Assembly: GCA_041601795.1 (NCBI GenBank)
Contig: JBFIHK010000003.1
Coordinates: 1 to 39,935 of the forward strand
Length of the DNA stretch: 39,935 bases
DNA from: Minisyncoccia bacterium
GTDB taxonomy: Bacteria; Patescibacteriota; Minisyncoccia; Phycocordibacterales; XYD1-FULL-46-19
Reading direction: 5' to 3'
Below are positions 8,470-17,292 of this stretch, piece by piece (position 1 is the stretch's first letter; the number at the start of each line of letters is the position of its first letter). The position numbers and the translations under genes are program-made. The notes beneath the pieces are model-generated. The model had not been told where the DNA came from. It saw only the letters and a list, made by a program, of their open reading frames with translations, and searched no databases.

Positions 8470-8940
8470 ATGAAGCCTGATAATCATGCTCAAAGTTCTG
8501 CCCAAAAATACGGCGGAAGCTGGAAGGATTATATCGATATCCATGAATACATGGACGATTCCCGAAGAGGGATGTCGGACATGAGGCATCGAGCAATCAC
8601 TCACCACACTTGGTTTGTCTACGGACCACTGACAGACAAATTTGGCCAGGTTAGAGAAAATTCAGATGGTAAGTTATACTCCGTAGCTCAAATCGGTGAA
8701 GACCACTGTCGTGAAGATCTAGGTGGTCACTTTCCCACCCTGCAAGATTGGTGTATTAGTATAATACCCGAACCTTGGATGTGTGGTGACCTTGTTACAG
8801 GATCAGCTCCTCAGAGCGATAAAATCCCACACCGGCCTGAGGTTACGTCCTCACAGTCAGTGTCAGGACAGATGTTTGACGAAGAAAACATTGACAACAT
8901 CCGTTTTGACGGCGTCGGGAATATTCTTAGAAAAAAATAG
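8470..8940 (+). CDS. DUF6915-like hypothetical protein, inverted within the spc operon
   Basis: HAQSSAQKYGG..DY..IH..MD.S, D.RHRA..HH, NSDG, IGEDH.REDLG, P...DW...I.PEPWM recall the DUF6915 family (by memory, not searched). Strong AAGGAGG SD 8 nt upstream. Confidence 0.75.
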   Translation: MKPDNHAQSSAQKYGGSWKDYIDIHEYMDDSRRGMSDMRHRAITHHTWFVYGPLTDKFGQVRENSDGKLYSVAQIGEDHCREDLGGHFPTLQDWCISIIPEPWMCGDLVTGSAPQSDKIPHRPEVTSSQSVSGQMFDEENIDNIRFDGVGNILRKK

Positions 8941-8953
8941 CTTCCAATATCAA

Positions 8954-8985
8954 AACCGCCAGTCACCCTAGAGTGACTGGCGGTT
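8954..8985. terminator. Bidirectional terminator between the DUF6915-like gene and rplE
   Basis: aaccgccagtcac-cctaga-gtgactggcggtt, 13-bp GC-rich stem. Confidence 0.85.
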
Positions 8986-9009
8986 ATTCTATTTTAAAAT
9001 TAAATCTAA

Positions 9010-9558
9010 TTACTTAACTGCGACCTCTTTTTTAAACGGAAAGTCCATAGCCTCAAAAAAAGCTAAAGCTTCTTTTTTGTTTTTAGCTGTAGTCACCAAA
9101 GTCACAGACAAACCAAAGACATCTTTTAATTCTTCATCTGTAGTCTCAGGAAAAACTACATTTTCTTTAACAGCTATAGTCATGTTGCCCATTTCATCAA
9201 TAGAAGTCTTAGTATAACCTTTAAAGTCCCTCATTCTAGGCATAGCCACATTGATTAACTTATCCAAAAATTTATACATTCTGTCTCCTCTTAGGGTAAC
9301 AGCAACACCCACTACGTCACCTTCTCTTAATTTAAAGCTAGCAATGGACTTTTTAGCTCCTCTCATAGCCGGTTTCTGACCAGTAATTTTAGCTATTTTA
9401 TCAGCCACTAATTCATTTCTTTTTTTATCACTAGCTTTACCTGTACCAGAATTTATGACCACTTTTTGTAATCGAGGCAGGGCTAAAATATTATTTATAC
9501 CAAGCTCTTTCTTTAAAACGGCTTCTGCTTTAGTTATTTTTTCTTTAATCGGAATCAT
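9010..9558 (-). CDS. rplE: 50S ribosomal protein L5
   Basis: PRLQKVVIN, ITGQKP, AKKSIASFKLREG, VTLRG. Confidence 0.98.
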   Translation of the reverse strand: MIPIKEKITKAEAVLKKELGINNILALPRLQKVVINSGTGKASDKKRNELVADKIAKITGQKPAMRGAKKSIASFKLREGDVVGVAVTLRGDRMYKFLDKLINVAMPRMRDFKGYTKTSIDEMGNMTIAVKENVVFPETTDEELKDVFGLSVTLVTTAKNKKEALAFFEAMDFPFKKEVAVK

Positions 9559-9568
9559 AATTCAAATA

Positions 9569-9823
9569 TTATTTTTTCTTAGGGGTAGTTTTTTTAGTTT
9601 TAGCTACAGTAGCCAACTTTACATTAGACACATGAATTGGTGTAGCTACCGATACTGTTTGACCAGCTTCACCTTCTTTTCTGGATTTAATTCTTTTATT
9701 TACCATATTAACTCCTTCTACGACCACTTTATCTTTTTTAGGTAAAGCTAAAACAATCTTACCGGTTTTACCCCGATCTTTACCTGTAATCACTAATACA
9801 TTGTCTCCTTTTTTTACATGCAT
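9569..9823 (-). CDS. rplX: 50S ribosomal protein L24
   Basis: KKGDNVLVITGKDRGKTG, VEGVN, PIHVSNV. Confidence 0.97.
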   Translation of the reverse strand: MHVKKGDNVLVITGKDRGKTGKIVLALPKKDKVVVEGVNMVNKRIKSRKEGEAGQTVSVATPIHVSNVKLATVAKTKKTTPKKK

Positions 9824-9833
9824 GATATTTATA

Positions 9834-10205
9834 TTAAACCACCTCAGGGGCTAAAGAAGAAATTTTTTGATAACCCAATTCCTGAATCTCTCTTGGAATA
9901 GGTCCAAAAATACGTCCTCCGCGAGGCTCTTTTTTATCTTTATCTATAATTACAACCGCATTTTCATCAAATCGCAAGTAAGAACCGTCTTTACGTCTAA
10001 AAGGTTGTTTTTGTCTAACCACCACTGCGTATAAAACTTCTTTTTTCTTAACTTGCTTACGAGGTTCAGCTGATTGAACAGACAAAATAACCAAATCACC
10101 AATACGAGCGTAACGTCTTTTAGAGCCACCAGGAATTTTAAACACCCGCCCAATCTTGGCTCCAGTGTTGTCAGCTATTTTTACAATTGTCTGTGGTTGA
10201 ATCAT
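9834..10205 (-). CDS. rplN: 50S ribosomal protein L14
   Basis: MIQ..T...ADNTGA, RFDENAVV, RIFGP, SLAPEV. Confidence 0.98.
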   Translation of the reverse strand: MIQPQTIVKIADNTGAKIGRVFKIPGGSKRRYARIGDLVILSVQSAEPRKQVKKKEVLYAVVVRQKQPFRRKDGSYLRFDENAVVIIDKDKKEPRGGRIFGPIPREIQELGYQKISSLAPEVV

Positions 10206-10215
10206 GGTTTTATTT

Positions 10216-10473
10216 TTAAACTACTTGAACAGTAAAATGTTTGTCTTTAGACATTGGGACACACTCAACAATAGTTACTTTATCCCCTTTTTTATAAACA
10301 TTATCTTCGTCGTGAGCTTTATATTTTTTGTGCATAGTCACAAATTTGCCATACTTAGGGTGCTTAACCAAACGAGCTACTTCTACCACCACTGTTTTAT
10401 CCATAGCATCAGATACAACTATGCCTTCAAGCTTTTTTTGGTTTATTTTTTTATTGTCGGTTTTATCAGTCAT
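10216..10473 (-). CDS. rpsQ: 30S ribosomal protein S17
   Basis: GIVVSDAMDKTVVV, HPKYGK, KYKAHDE; start taken at ATG 10473. Confidence 0.96.
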   Translation of the reverse strand: MTDKTDNKKINQKKLEGIVVSDAMDKTVVVEVARLVKHPKYGKFVTMHKKYKAHDEDNVYKKGDKVTIVECVPMSKDKHFTVQVV

Positions 10474-10484
10474 AATATTCAATG

Positions 10485-10688
10485 TTAAACACTAGCTTGT
10501 TTTTTAAGTTCTTGCAAGAGAGTTTTGAGTCGGGCAATATTTTTTCTAATATTTCTACCTTCCTTGGTATTAGTCACTTTACCTCCAGAAATATTGAACC
10601 TAAAAGACATTAAAGCTTCTTCTTGCTCTTTCAAGGTTTTAGTTAAATCACTAGCACTTTTTTTTCTTAAATCTTTTATTTTAAACAT
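10485..10688 (-). CDS. rpmC: 50S ribosomal protein L29
   Basis: KDLR, RKNIARLKT; between rplP and rpsQ; start taken at ATG 10688. Confidence 0.93.
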   Translation of the reverse strand: MFKIKDLRKKSASDLTKTLKEQEEALMSFRFNISGGKVTNTKEGRNIRKNIARLKTLLQELKKQASV

Positions 10689-10698
10689 ATTTCTAGAC

Positions 10699-11115
10699 TT
10701 AACGAGCAATAACTTTAGTCTTAAGAGGCAACTTGGCTCCCGCCTTTCTCATAGCCTCTTTAGCTGTGGCTTCATCGACTCCGTCAACCTCAAACAAAAC
10801 TCGACCTGGTAATACCTCTACTTCATAACCTTGAGGGTCTCCTTTACCCTTACCCATACCCACCTCTGCAGCCTTGGCTGTAAACGGTCTATCAGGAAAA
10901 ATTCTAATCCATAGCTTGCCTTTTCTTTGCATTTGGCGACTAATAGTTTTACGGGCAGCTTCTATTTGATTTGATCTAATTCTGGCAATTCCCATAGCTT
11001 TTAAGCCTACAGAACCAAAAGATAAATCTACCCCCCGAGTAGCCACTCGGATTTTATTTTTATTAGTTCGGCCAGTTTGCCATTTTCTATATTTAACTTT
11101 CTTTGGGAAAAGCAT
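10699..11115 (-). CDS. rplP: 50S ribosomal protein L16
   Basis: PKKVKYRK, QIEAAR, WIRIFPD, MGKGKG. Confidence 0.98.
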   Translation of the reverse strand: MLFPKKVKYRKWQTGRTNKNKIRVATRGVDLSFGSVGLKAMGIARIRSNQIEAARKTISRQMQRKGKLWIRIFPDRPFTAKAAEVGMGKGKGDPQGYEVEVLPGRVLFEVDGVDEATAKEAMRKAGAKLPLKTKVIAR

Positions 11116-11134
11116 GTTTCTATTATTAAATTAA

Positions 11135-11794
11135 TTATTTTTTATCTTCAAAAATATCACCTCTATAAATCCAAACCTTAACCCCAATTACACCATAAGG
11201 TAAAAAGGCTTTCTCTTTCACAAAATCAACATCGGCCCTTAAGGTTTGCAAAGGAATACGACCTCTTTTTATGCTTTCTCGACGACTCATTTCAGCTCCT
11301 CCAAGACGACCAGACAAGTTGATCCGAACACCTTGAACCTTTTTATTAGCCATAACCTTTTCAACTGTTTGTTTCATTACCCTACGAAATGGCATTCTCT
11401 TTTCAAGGGCTTCAGCTACCATATAAGCCACAATACCAGCATGGGCTTCAGGATCTTTAACTTCTTCTATGTCAACCTTAACTTCAGGTATCGCTACCTT
11501 CAGTCTTCTCATTTGTTTTAAAATATCTTCTTTTATTTTCATCGCCCCCTCTCCAGAACGACCAATAACCATCCCCGGACGTGAAGTTTTAATAATAATT
11601 CGATAAACTTTTTCACCCCGCTCCATATCTATAGAATCAACATAAAAACCTCTTAATCTTTTTTCTAAATATTCTCTTAAAGTAATATCTGTTTTTAAGA
11701 ATTCTTGGTATTTGCCACGTGCACCAAACCAACGAGACTTCCAGTCTCTAATAATACCTAAACGATGAGAATATGGGTGAACGCTATGTGTCAT
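11135..11794 (-). CDS. rpsC: 30S ribosomal protein S3
   Basis: HP...RLG, RPGMVIGRSG, SGRLGGAEM, GRIPLQTLRADVD, GVKVWI. Confidence 0.98.
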   Translation of the reverse strand: MTHSVHPYSHRLGIIRDWKSRWFGARGKYQEFLKTDITLREYLEKRLRGFYVDSIDMERGEKVYRIIIKTSRPGMVIGRSGEGAMKIKEDILKQMRRLKVAIPEVKVDIEEVKDPEAHAGIVAYMVAEALEKRMPFRRVMKQTVEKVMANKKVQGVRINLSGRLGGAEMSRRESIKRGRIPLQTLRADVDFVKEKAFLPYGVIGVKVWIYRGDIFEDKK

Positions 11795-11796
11795 AT

Positions 11797-12147
11797 TTAT
11801 TTATTTATGGTTTTAACTTCAGTTTCAGAACCCAAAAGAACATTAACATGGCTAGTTCTGTGCCTAATAGGAGCAGCCCGACCTCTGGCTCTGGCTCGCC
11901 AACGCTTCATAATATAACCTTTATCAACGCGGATTTCTTTAATAAATAAACTGTCTTTATCTAAACCATTATTATTAACCGCATTAGCTACCGCTGATTC
12001 AATTAAATCTTTAACTGGTTTAGCCGCTCTCTTAGCAACAAAAGACAACTCGCTTAAAGCTTGAGAGATTTTTTTTCCTCGCACCAAATCAGCTAGTAAT
12101 CTAACTTTTCTGGGTGATTGATTATAATTTGATAAAGTTGCTTTCAT
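11797..12147 (-). CDS. rplV: 50S ribosomal protein L22
   Basis: SPRKVRL, SAVANA, RARGRA, TSH. Confidence 0.97.
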   Translation of the reverse strand: MKATLSNYNQSPRKVRLLADLVRGKKISQALSELSFVAKRAAKPVKDLIESAVANAVNNNGLDKDSLFIKEIRVDKGYIMKRWRARARGRAAPIRHRTSHVNVLLGSETEVKTINK

Positions 12148-12155
12148 ATAAAAAT

Positions 12156-12497
12156 TTATTTTTTAGCTCCATCAGCGGCTTTGGCAGCCTTGGCAGCTGC
12201 TATTTCAGCTTCTTTTTTCTTTTGTTCTAATTCTTTTTGCATTTTACCACCATGACGATAGAATTTTTTAGTAGGAGAAAATTCACCCAAACGGTGACCT
12301 ACCATTTCTTCAGTTACAAAAACTTCTAGATGGCTCTTGCCATTATGCACCCCAAAAGTAAAACCCACCATTTCAGGACTAATTTGACTTCGTCTAGCCC
12401 AAGTTTTAATAACCCCATTTTCTCCGGGTTTTTTACCTGCTATTTTTTGCAATAATTTTTCGTCCACATAAGGACCTTTCTTGAGCGATCTAGACAT
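12156..12497 (-). CDS. rpsS: 30S ribosomal protein S19 with Lys/Ala-rich C-terminal extension
   Basis: [34 protein letters not shown]. Confidence 0.98.
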   Translation of the reverse strand: MSRSLKKGPYVDEKLLQKIAGKKPGENGVIKTWARRSQISPEMVGFTFGVHNGKSHLEVFVTEEMVGHRLGEFSPTKKFYRHGGKMQKELEQKKKEAEIAAAKAAKAADGAKK

Positions 12498-12624
12498 TTT
12501 TAAAATTAACTTTTTAAGTGGTGCAATACTTACAAAAATTCCAGCTACTTTTTAGGCCGGAATACAAGTTCACAGCTTTTTTTAAAATACAATTAAACTT
12601 TTTAAGCTTTAAGAGTACGAGAGT

Positions 12625-12652
12625 ATCCTATCAAATAAACAGAAAATGTCAA
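12625..12652 (-). promoter_or_regulatory. Internal promoter upstream of rpsS
   Basis: TTGACA-16 nt (ending TGa)-TAGGAT on the minus strand. Confidence 0.65.
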
Positions 12653-12693
12653 CAAAAAAGGAACTTTTTTATAGGCTTTTAAGACCTTTTTAA

Positions 12694-12736
12694 ACAGACG
12701 ACCTCATTATTAGGAAATAATAATAAGGTCGTTTGT
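12694..12736 (-). terminator. Long hairpin / probable terminator after rplB
   Basis: Minus strand acaaacgaccttattatta-tttcc-taataatgaggtcgtctgt, short U tail. Confidence 0.6.
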
Positions 12737-12782
12737 CTTTTTAACCACTCTTCCTTAGAAATTCAACGAAATCATCAACAAT

Positions 12783-13625
12783 CTATTTTCTGTTTTTATT
12801 CTTTCGACGAGAAATAATAAATTTATCAGAATATTTTTTAGATTTACGAGTTTTAACCCCAAAAGCTTGTTTACCTTGTCTGGTTTTAGGCCCCCGACGC
12901 AAACCAATACCTTGACGACCCTCTCCCCCTCCATGAGGGTGATCAACTGGGTTCATAGCAGATCCTCTAACTGTTGGTCTAATACCTTTCCATCTAGACC
13001 GGCCCGCTTTACCTAAATTAACCAACTTATATTCATCATTAGACACTGCCCCAATAGAGGCCCAAGCATTTTCATGTATTTTTCTAACCTCACCAGAAGG
13101 CATTTTAACATTAGTATAATTAGCATCGTTAGCTAAAACTTCGGCATAACTACCAGCTGAACGCACCAACTTGGCTCCTCCCCCTGGTTTTATTTCTATA
13201 TTATAAATAAAGGTACCTGAAGCTATTTTTTTTAATGGCAATCTGTTGCCTATTTTATTTTCGGCTTCAGCTGACACTATAAATTTATCGCCTACAGTCA
13301 TATTTTTAGGCACAACTATATATCTATATTCTCCATCATTATAAGCAACCGCAGCAATAAAAGCTGATCTATTAGGGTCGTATTCAACAGTTTTTACTAC
13401 GGCTGGAATATCTTTTTTATCATATTTAAAATCCACCAATCGATATAAGCGCTTGTGTCCTCCACCTTTATGACGAACAGTTATCCGCCCAGCGCTATTA
13501 CGACCAGAAATTCTCTTTTTACCTTTAGTTAAAGACTTTTTTGGTTTAGAGACAGTCAAGGTCTCTTTATAAGAGACTGTTGTCATATGACGTCTAGATG
13601 GGGTTGTAGGGGCGTAATGTTTCAT
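12783..13625 (-). CDS. rplB: 50S ribosomal protein L2
   Basis: GRNSAGRITVRHKGGGHKR, EYDPNRSA, RPTVRGSAMNPVDHPHGGGEGR. Confidence 0.99.
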   Translation of the reverse strand: MKHYAPTTPSRRHMTTVSYKETLTVSKPKKSLTKGKKRISGRNSAGRITVRHKGGGHKRLYRLVDFKYDKKDIPAVVKTVEYDPNRSAFIAAVAYNDGEYRYIVVPKNMTVGDKFIVSAEAENKIGNRLPLKKIASGTFIYNIEIKPGGGAKLVRSAGSYAEVLANDANYTNVKMPSGEVRKIHENAWASIGAVSNDEYKLVNLGKAGRSRWKGIRPTVRGSAMNPVDHPHGGGEGRQGIGLRRGPKTRQGKQAFGVKTRKSKKYSDKFIISRRKNKNRK

Positions 13626-13628
13626 ATC

Positions 13629-13928
13629 TTAAATAAAATCAATATTAGTACCAACAGGCATATAAACTAAAGCTTTTTTAATGCCAGCCCTCATGCCAGT
13701 AGTTCTTCTAACTGTAACCTTTTTACGGGGTAATTTAACAATATTTACCTTTATTGGATCAATATTATACTTAAGTTTAACAGCTTTTTTAACAGCCAAT
13801 TTATTAACAAAATCAGGTATTTCAAAAGTATAAACTGGATATTTATTACCGGTCATAAAAGTAGCCTTTTCTGTGATTCTAGGCTTTTTTAATACTAAAG
13901 CTGGTCGATTGTAATCTGTTCTAGACAT
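13629..13928 (-). CDS. rplW: 50S ribosomal protein L23
   Basis: PRITEKA, YTF, KKALV; S10 position. Confidence 0.95.
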   Translation of the reverse strand: MSRTDYNRPALVLKKPRITEKATFMTGNKYPVYTFEIPDFVNKLAVKKAVKLKYNIDPIKVNIVKLPRKKVTVRRTTGMRAGIKKALVYMPVGTNIDFI

Positions 13929-13933
13929 ATTTT

Positions 13934-14593
13934 TTATAGTCCTCGACTAGTTAATACTTTTAATGATTCATCCGGTTCGGTAATAACTAAATATTTATAT
14001 TTCAAAACATCTAGTGGATTTATATTTCTAATTTCTTCTACTTTAACAGCAGTAAAATTATTAAAACTTTTTAAAACATTCAAATTTACCTTGCCTGTTG
14101 CTACTATGGCTCTAGCACCCTTAGCATAATTTATCTTTTCAAAACCTGCAGTCGCTAGTCCCTCCAAACAAGTTTTAGCTATTTTAGTTTTAGGAGCTGT
14201 TAAATCTAACCCTTCAACAAAAACAATTTCACCGTCTCTTAATTTTTGTGACAATAAAGTAAACAAAGCCTTAGTTTTCATTTTTTTGTTTATCTTTTTA
14301 TCATAGTTTCTATCATTAGTTGGACCATGTGTCACTCCTCCTCCAACCCAAATTGGTGACCGACTAGAGCCATGACGAGCTCGCCCAGTACCTTTTTGAC
14401 GCCAAGGTTTTTTACCACCCCCACTAACTTCACCTCTAGTTCTAGCGTTAGCATTGTTTTGTCTAGCGTTAGATTCCATAGAAGTTACCACTTGATGCAC
14501 TAAATTTGCGTTCCAGGCCACTCCAAAAATTTTATCATCTAAAGTGATTTTTCCAGCCTCTTTACCTTCATTGTTGTAAATTTTTGTTTCCAT
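13934..14593 (-). CDS. rplD: 50S ribosomal protein L4
   Basis: RGEVSGGGKKPWRQKGTGRARHGSSRSP; start taken at ATG 14593. Confidence 0.98.
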   Translation of the reverse strand: METKIYNNEGKEAGKITLDDKIFGVAWNANLVHQVVTSMESNARQNNANARTRGEVSGGGKKPWRQKGTGRARHGSSRSPIWVGGGVTHGPTNDRNYDKKINKKMKTKALFTLLSQKLRDGEIVFVEGLDLTAPKTKIAKTCLEGLATAGFEKINYAKGARAIVATGKVNLNVLKSFNNFTAVKVEEIRNINPLDVLKYKYLVITEPDESLKVLTSRGL

Positions 14594-14603
14594 AATCAAA
14601 ACT

Positions 14604-15230
14604 TTAGGCTTTTATTTCTAAGACTGTTCCGCGACGACCTGGAATTGGACCTTTAACAAAAATCATATTGTTATCTGGGTCTATTTTTACAATAGAAACA
14701 TTTTTTGTTGTAACTCTATCGCTACCCATACGCCCCGCCATTCTGGTACCTTTAAAAACTCTTTGCATACCACCGGCTCCAATTGATCCCGGTTCTCTTT
14801 CGGAGTGTTTTTGACCATGGGATCGAGGCCCCCCTTTAAAGTTATGGCGCTTAACTACGCCTTGAAAACCTTTACCCTTAGAAACACCAGAAATAGTTAC
14901 AATATCCCCTGGACTAAAAGTTGATACTTCTACCACATCTCCCAACTTAATATCAGTTGCTTCAGTATCTAATTTATATTCTTTTAACATCTTGAAACCG
15001 ACGTCCTTTTTAGGTACAACTGTTTTTATATGTCCCCTAACAGCTTTTGATAATCGGCTTAATTTTTGATCACCAAAGCCAAATTGAACAGCATTATAGC
15101 CATCCCGCGCTTTAGTTTTAATTTGAGTCACAGTCATAGGCCCTGTTGCAATAACAGTTCCTGGAGTTACCCGTCCATCTTCATCGAAGATTTGGGTCAT
15201 ATGTGATTTTGTGCCTAATAAAAATTTCAT
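14604..15230 (-). CDS. rplC: 50S ribosomal protein L3
   Basis: SKGKGFQGVVKRH, PGSIG, RMAGRMG, VKGPIPG. Confidence 0.98.
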   Translation of the reverse strand: MKFLLGTKSHMTQIFDEDGRVTPGTVIATGPMTVTQIKTKARDGYNAVQFGFGDQKLSRLSKAVRGHIKTVVPKKDVGFKMLKEYKLDTEATDIKLGDVVEVSTFSPGDIVTISGVSKGKGFQGVVKRHNFKGGPRSHGQKHSEREPGSIGAGGMQRVFKGTRMAGRMGSDRVTTKNVSIVKIDPDNNMIFVKGPIPGRRGTVLEIKA

Positions 15231-15350
15231 GTTTGTTTTTAAAATAGCTCTATATATCTATCATATTTAGGCTATATTGTCTAATTTCCAACACCTAGCT
15301 GACCCCGCTTGAGACCAAAAATCACAAGCGGAGCCAAAAGGTAAGAGAAG

Positions 15351-15707
15351 TTAGATCATTTTAACATCAATATTAACTCCACTAGGAAGATTAAGATTGG
15401 TTAAACTTTCTATAATTTTTGGTGATGGGCTTAAAATATCTATTAATCGTTTATGTACTCTCATTTCGAATTGCTCTCTAGCATTTTTGTGAACGAAAGC
15501 TCCACGATTAACAGTATATTTTTTTATTTCAGTCGGCAATGGAATCGGTCCATTCACTTTAGCGTCGTAACGAATAGCAGTATCAACTATTTGTTTAACG
15601 CTGGCATCTAGAACCTTGTTTTCATAAGCCGACACCCTAATGCGTAATTTAGAAAAATCCGCTTCACCAGTAGGGCTTTTTTTAGTTTTTTTAGTAGCTT
15701 GAGTCAT
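15351..15707 (-). CDS. rpsJ: 30S ribosomal protein S10
   Basis: GPIPLPT, REQFEMRVHKRLIDI, LPSGV. Confidence 0.98.
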   Translation of the reverse strand: MTQATKKTKKSPTGEADFSKLRIRVSAYENKVLDASVKQIVDTAIRYDAKVNGPIPLPTEIKKYTVNRGAFVHKNAREQFEMRVHKRLIDILSPSPKIIESLTNLNLPSGVNIDVKMI

Positions 15708-15725
15708 TAAATAAATTTATTTTAA

Positions 15726-16931
15726 CTAAGCGTTAATTTTAGTTACTACTCCAGCTCCTACTGTTCGGCCACCTTCACGAATAGCAAAACGCAATTGTTC
15801 TTCCATGGCTACTGGAGCTACTAATTTAACCTTAAAGGTTACAGTATCTCCTGGCATCACCATTTTGACATCTTCAGCTAGAGTTACTTCTCCAGTCACA
15901 TCAGTAGTTCTAATGTAAAACTGTGGCTTATAACCAGTAAAGAAAGGAGTGTGTCGTCCACCTTCTTCTTTACTTAAAATATAAACTTCAGCTTCAAAAT
16001 CTGTATGCGGAGTCACAGAACCTGGTTTAGCTAACACTTGACCTCTAGTAATATCATCTTTCTTTAATCCTCGAAGCAAAATACCAGCATTATCTCCAGC
16101 TTGTCCTTGATCTAGAGACTTGTTGAACATTTCTACTCCAGTCACAGTAGTTTTTTTACTATCTTCCAAGCCAACTATTTCAATTTCTTCACCTACTTTT
16201 ACCACTCCTCTTTCAATACGACCAGTCACCACGGTTCCCCTACCTTCGATAGAGAAAATATCTTCTACTGGCATCAAGAAAGGTTTTTCAACGTCTCGAA
16301 CTGGTTCTGGAATATATTCATCCATAGTTTTAACCAATTCTAATACTTTTTGAGCGTTTTCATCGTCTTTAGAAGTAGCTTCTAAAGCTTTTAGACCTGA
16401 CCCTCTGATAATAGGAGTATTTTTACCGTCATACTCATATTTATCAAGTAAATCGCGAACTTCTTCTTCTACTAAGTCTACCAATTCTGGATCGTCCACC
16501 ATGTCTACTTTGTTCAAGAAAACAATCAATTTAGGCACTCCAACTTGGCGAGCAAGCAATACGTGTTCGCGAGTTTGAGGCATAAGTCCATCAGTTGCTG
16601 CTACCACAAGAACAGCTCCGTCCATTTGAGCGGCTCCAGTAATCATGTTTTTAATATAGTCAGCGTGACCTGGAGCATCAATATGAGCGTAGTGCCTATT
16701 AGCTGTCCAGTACTCTGAGTGGTGAAGAGCAATAGTAATCCCACGAGCCTTTTCTTCGGGCGCGTTATCAATACCATCAACCGCTTCGCTTCTTGCACCA
16801 AAACCACCTTCATCTTTATTTAGATTAAGAACGTGCAAAATTGAAGCAGTCAAAGTAGTTTTGCCGTGGTCAACGTGGCCAATAGTACCAACGTTAACGT
16901 GTGGCTTTGACCTGTCAAATGAATCTGCCAT
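15726..16931 (-). CDS. tuf: Elongation factor Tu
   Basis: [51 protein letters not shown]. Confidence 0.99.
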   Translation of the reverse strand: MADSFDRSKPHVNVGTIGHVDHGKTTLTASILHVLNLNKDEGGFGARSEAVDGIDNAPEEKARGITIALHHSEYWTANRHYAHIDAPGHADYIKNMITGAAQMDGAVLVVAATDGLMPQTREHVLLARQVGVPKLIVFLNKVDMVDDPELVDLVEEEVRDLLDKYEYDGKNTPIIRGSGLKALEATSKDDENAQKVLELVKTMDEYIPEPVRDVEKPFLMPVEDIFSIEGRGTVVTGRIERGVVKVGEEIEIVGLEDSKKTTVTGVEMFNKSLDQGQAGDNAGILLRGLKKDDITRGQVLAKPGSVTPHTDFEAEVYILSKEEGGRHTPFFTGYKPQFYIRTTDVTGEVTLAEDVKMVMPGDTVTFKVKLVAPVAMEEQLRFAIREGGRTVGAGVVTKINA

Positions 16932-17154
16932 AATTTATTTTGATTAAATAATAAAACTTTTTAATAATTACACTAAACCTTTTTACCTTATAGGCTTAGA
17001 AATAGAAAAAGTATTTTCTCATTTCACTTGCTCTACGTCGGTAATAAAATCACACTTCTCTGTGACTACCATGATTGATAAAATATTTAAATTTTACAAG
17101 CCCATAGTAATCACACAGAAACACATACAAAAAGCACGCCTATGCGTAAGACAT

Positions 17155-17182
17155 ATGATAGCAAAACAGAGATGATTGTCAA
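17155..17182 (-). promoter_or_regulatory. tuf promoter
   Basis: TTGACA-16 nt (ending TGc)-TATCAT on the minus strand. Confidence 0.7.
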
Positions 17183-17235
17183 ACTTCACCCACTAAAATA
17201 ATTTTTACGAGAGTCAGCCTAAGATTTAAATAAGA

Positions 17236-17271
17236 AAAAACTCTTTAGATTTTAAAATCTAAAGAGTTTTT
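17236..17271 (-). terminator. Perfect 36-bp palindrome, terminator after fusA
   Basis: aaaaactctttagatttt|aaaatctaaagagttttt. Confidence 0.75.
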
Positions 17272-17292
17272 GATATAAAATTATATATTTTT

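Noticed and set aside
1650-16353. Short alternative-frame or antisense ORFs overlapping ribosomal and housekeeping genes (e.g. 1650, 3182, 3644, 3868, 5172, 6374, 8783, 9455, 9950, 10204, 10525, 11246, 12755, 16120)
   Set aside because: They overlap well-supported genes, mostly have non-ATG starts and show no motifs.
16932-17292. tRNA cluster upstream of tuf (tufB-like arrangement)
   Set aside because: No TTCGA T-loop or cloverleaf visible on either strand; reported instead as a structured leader.
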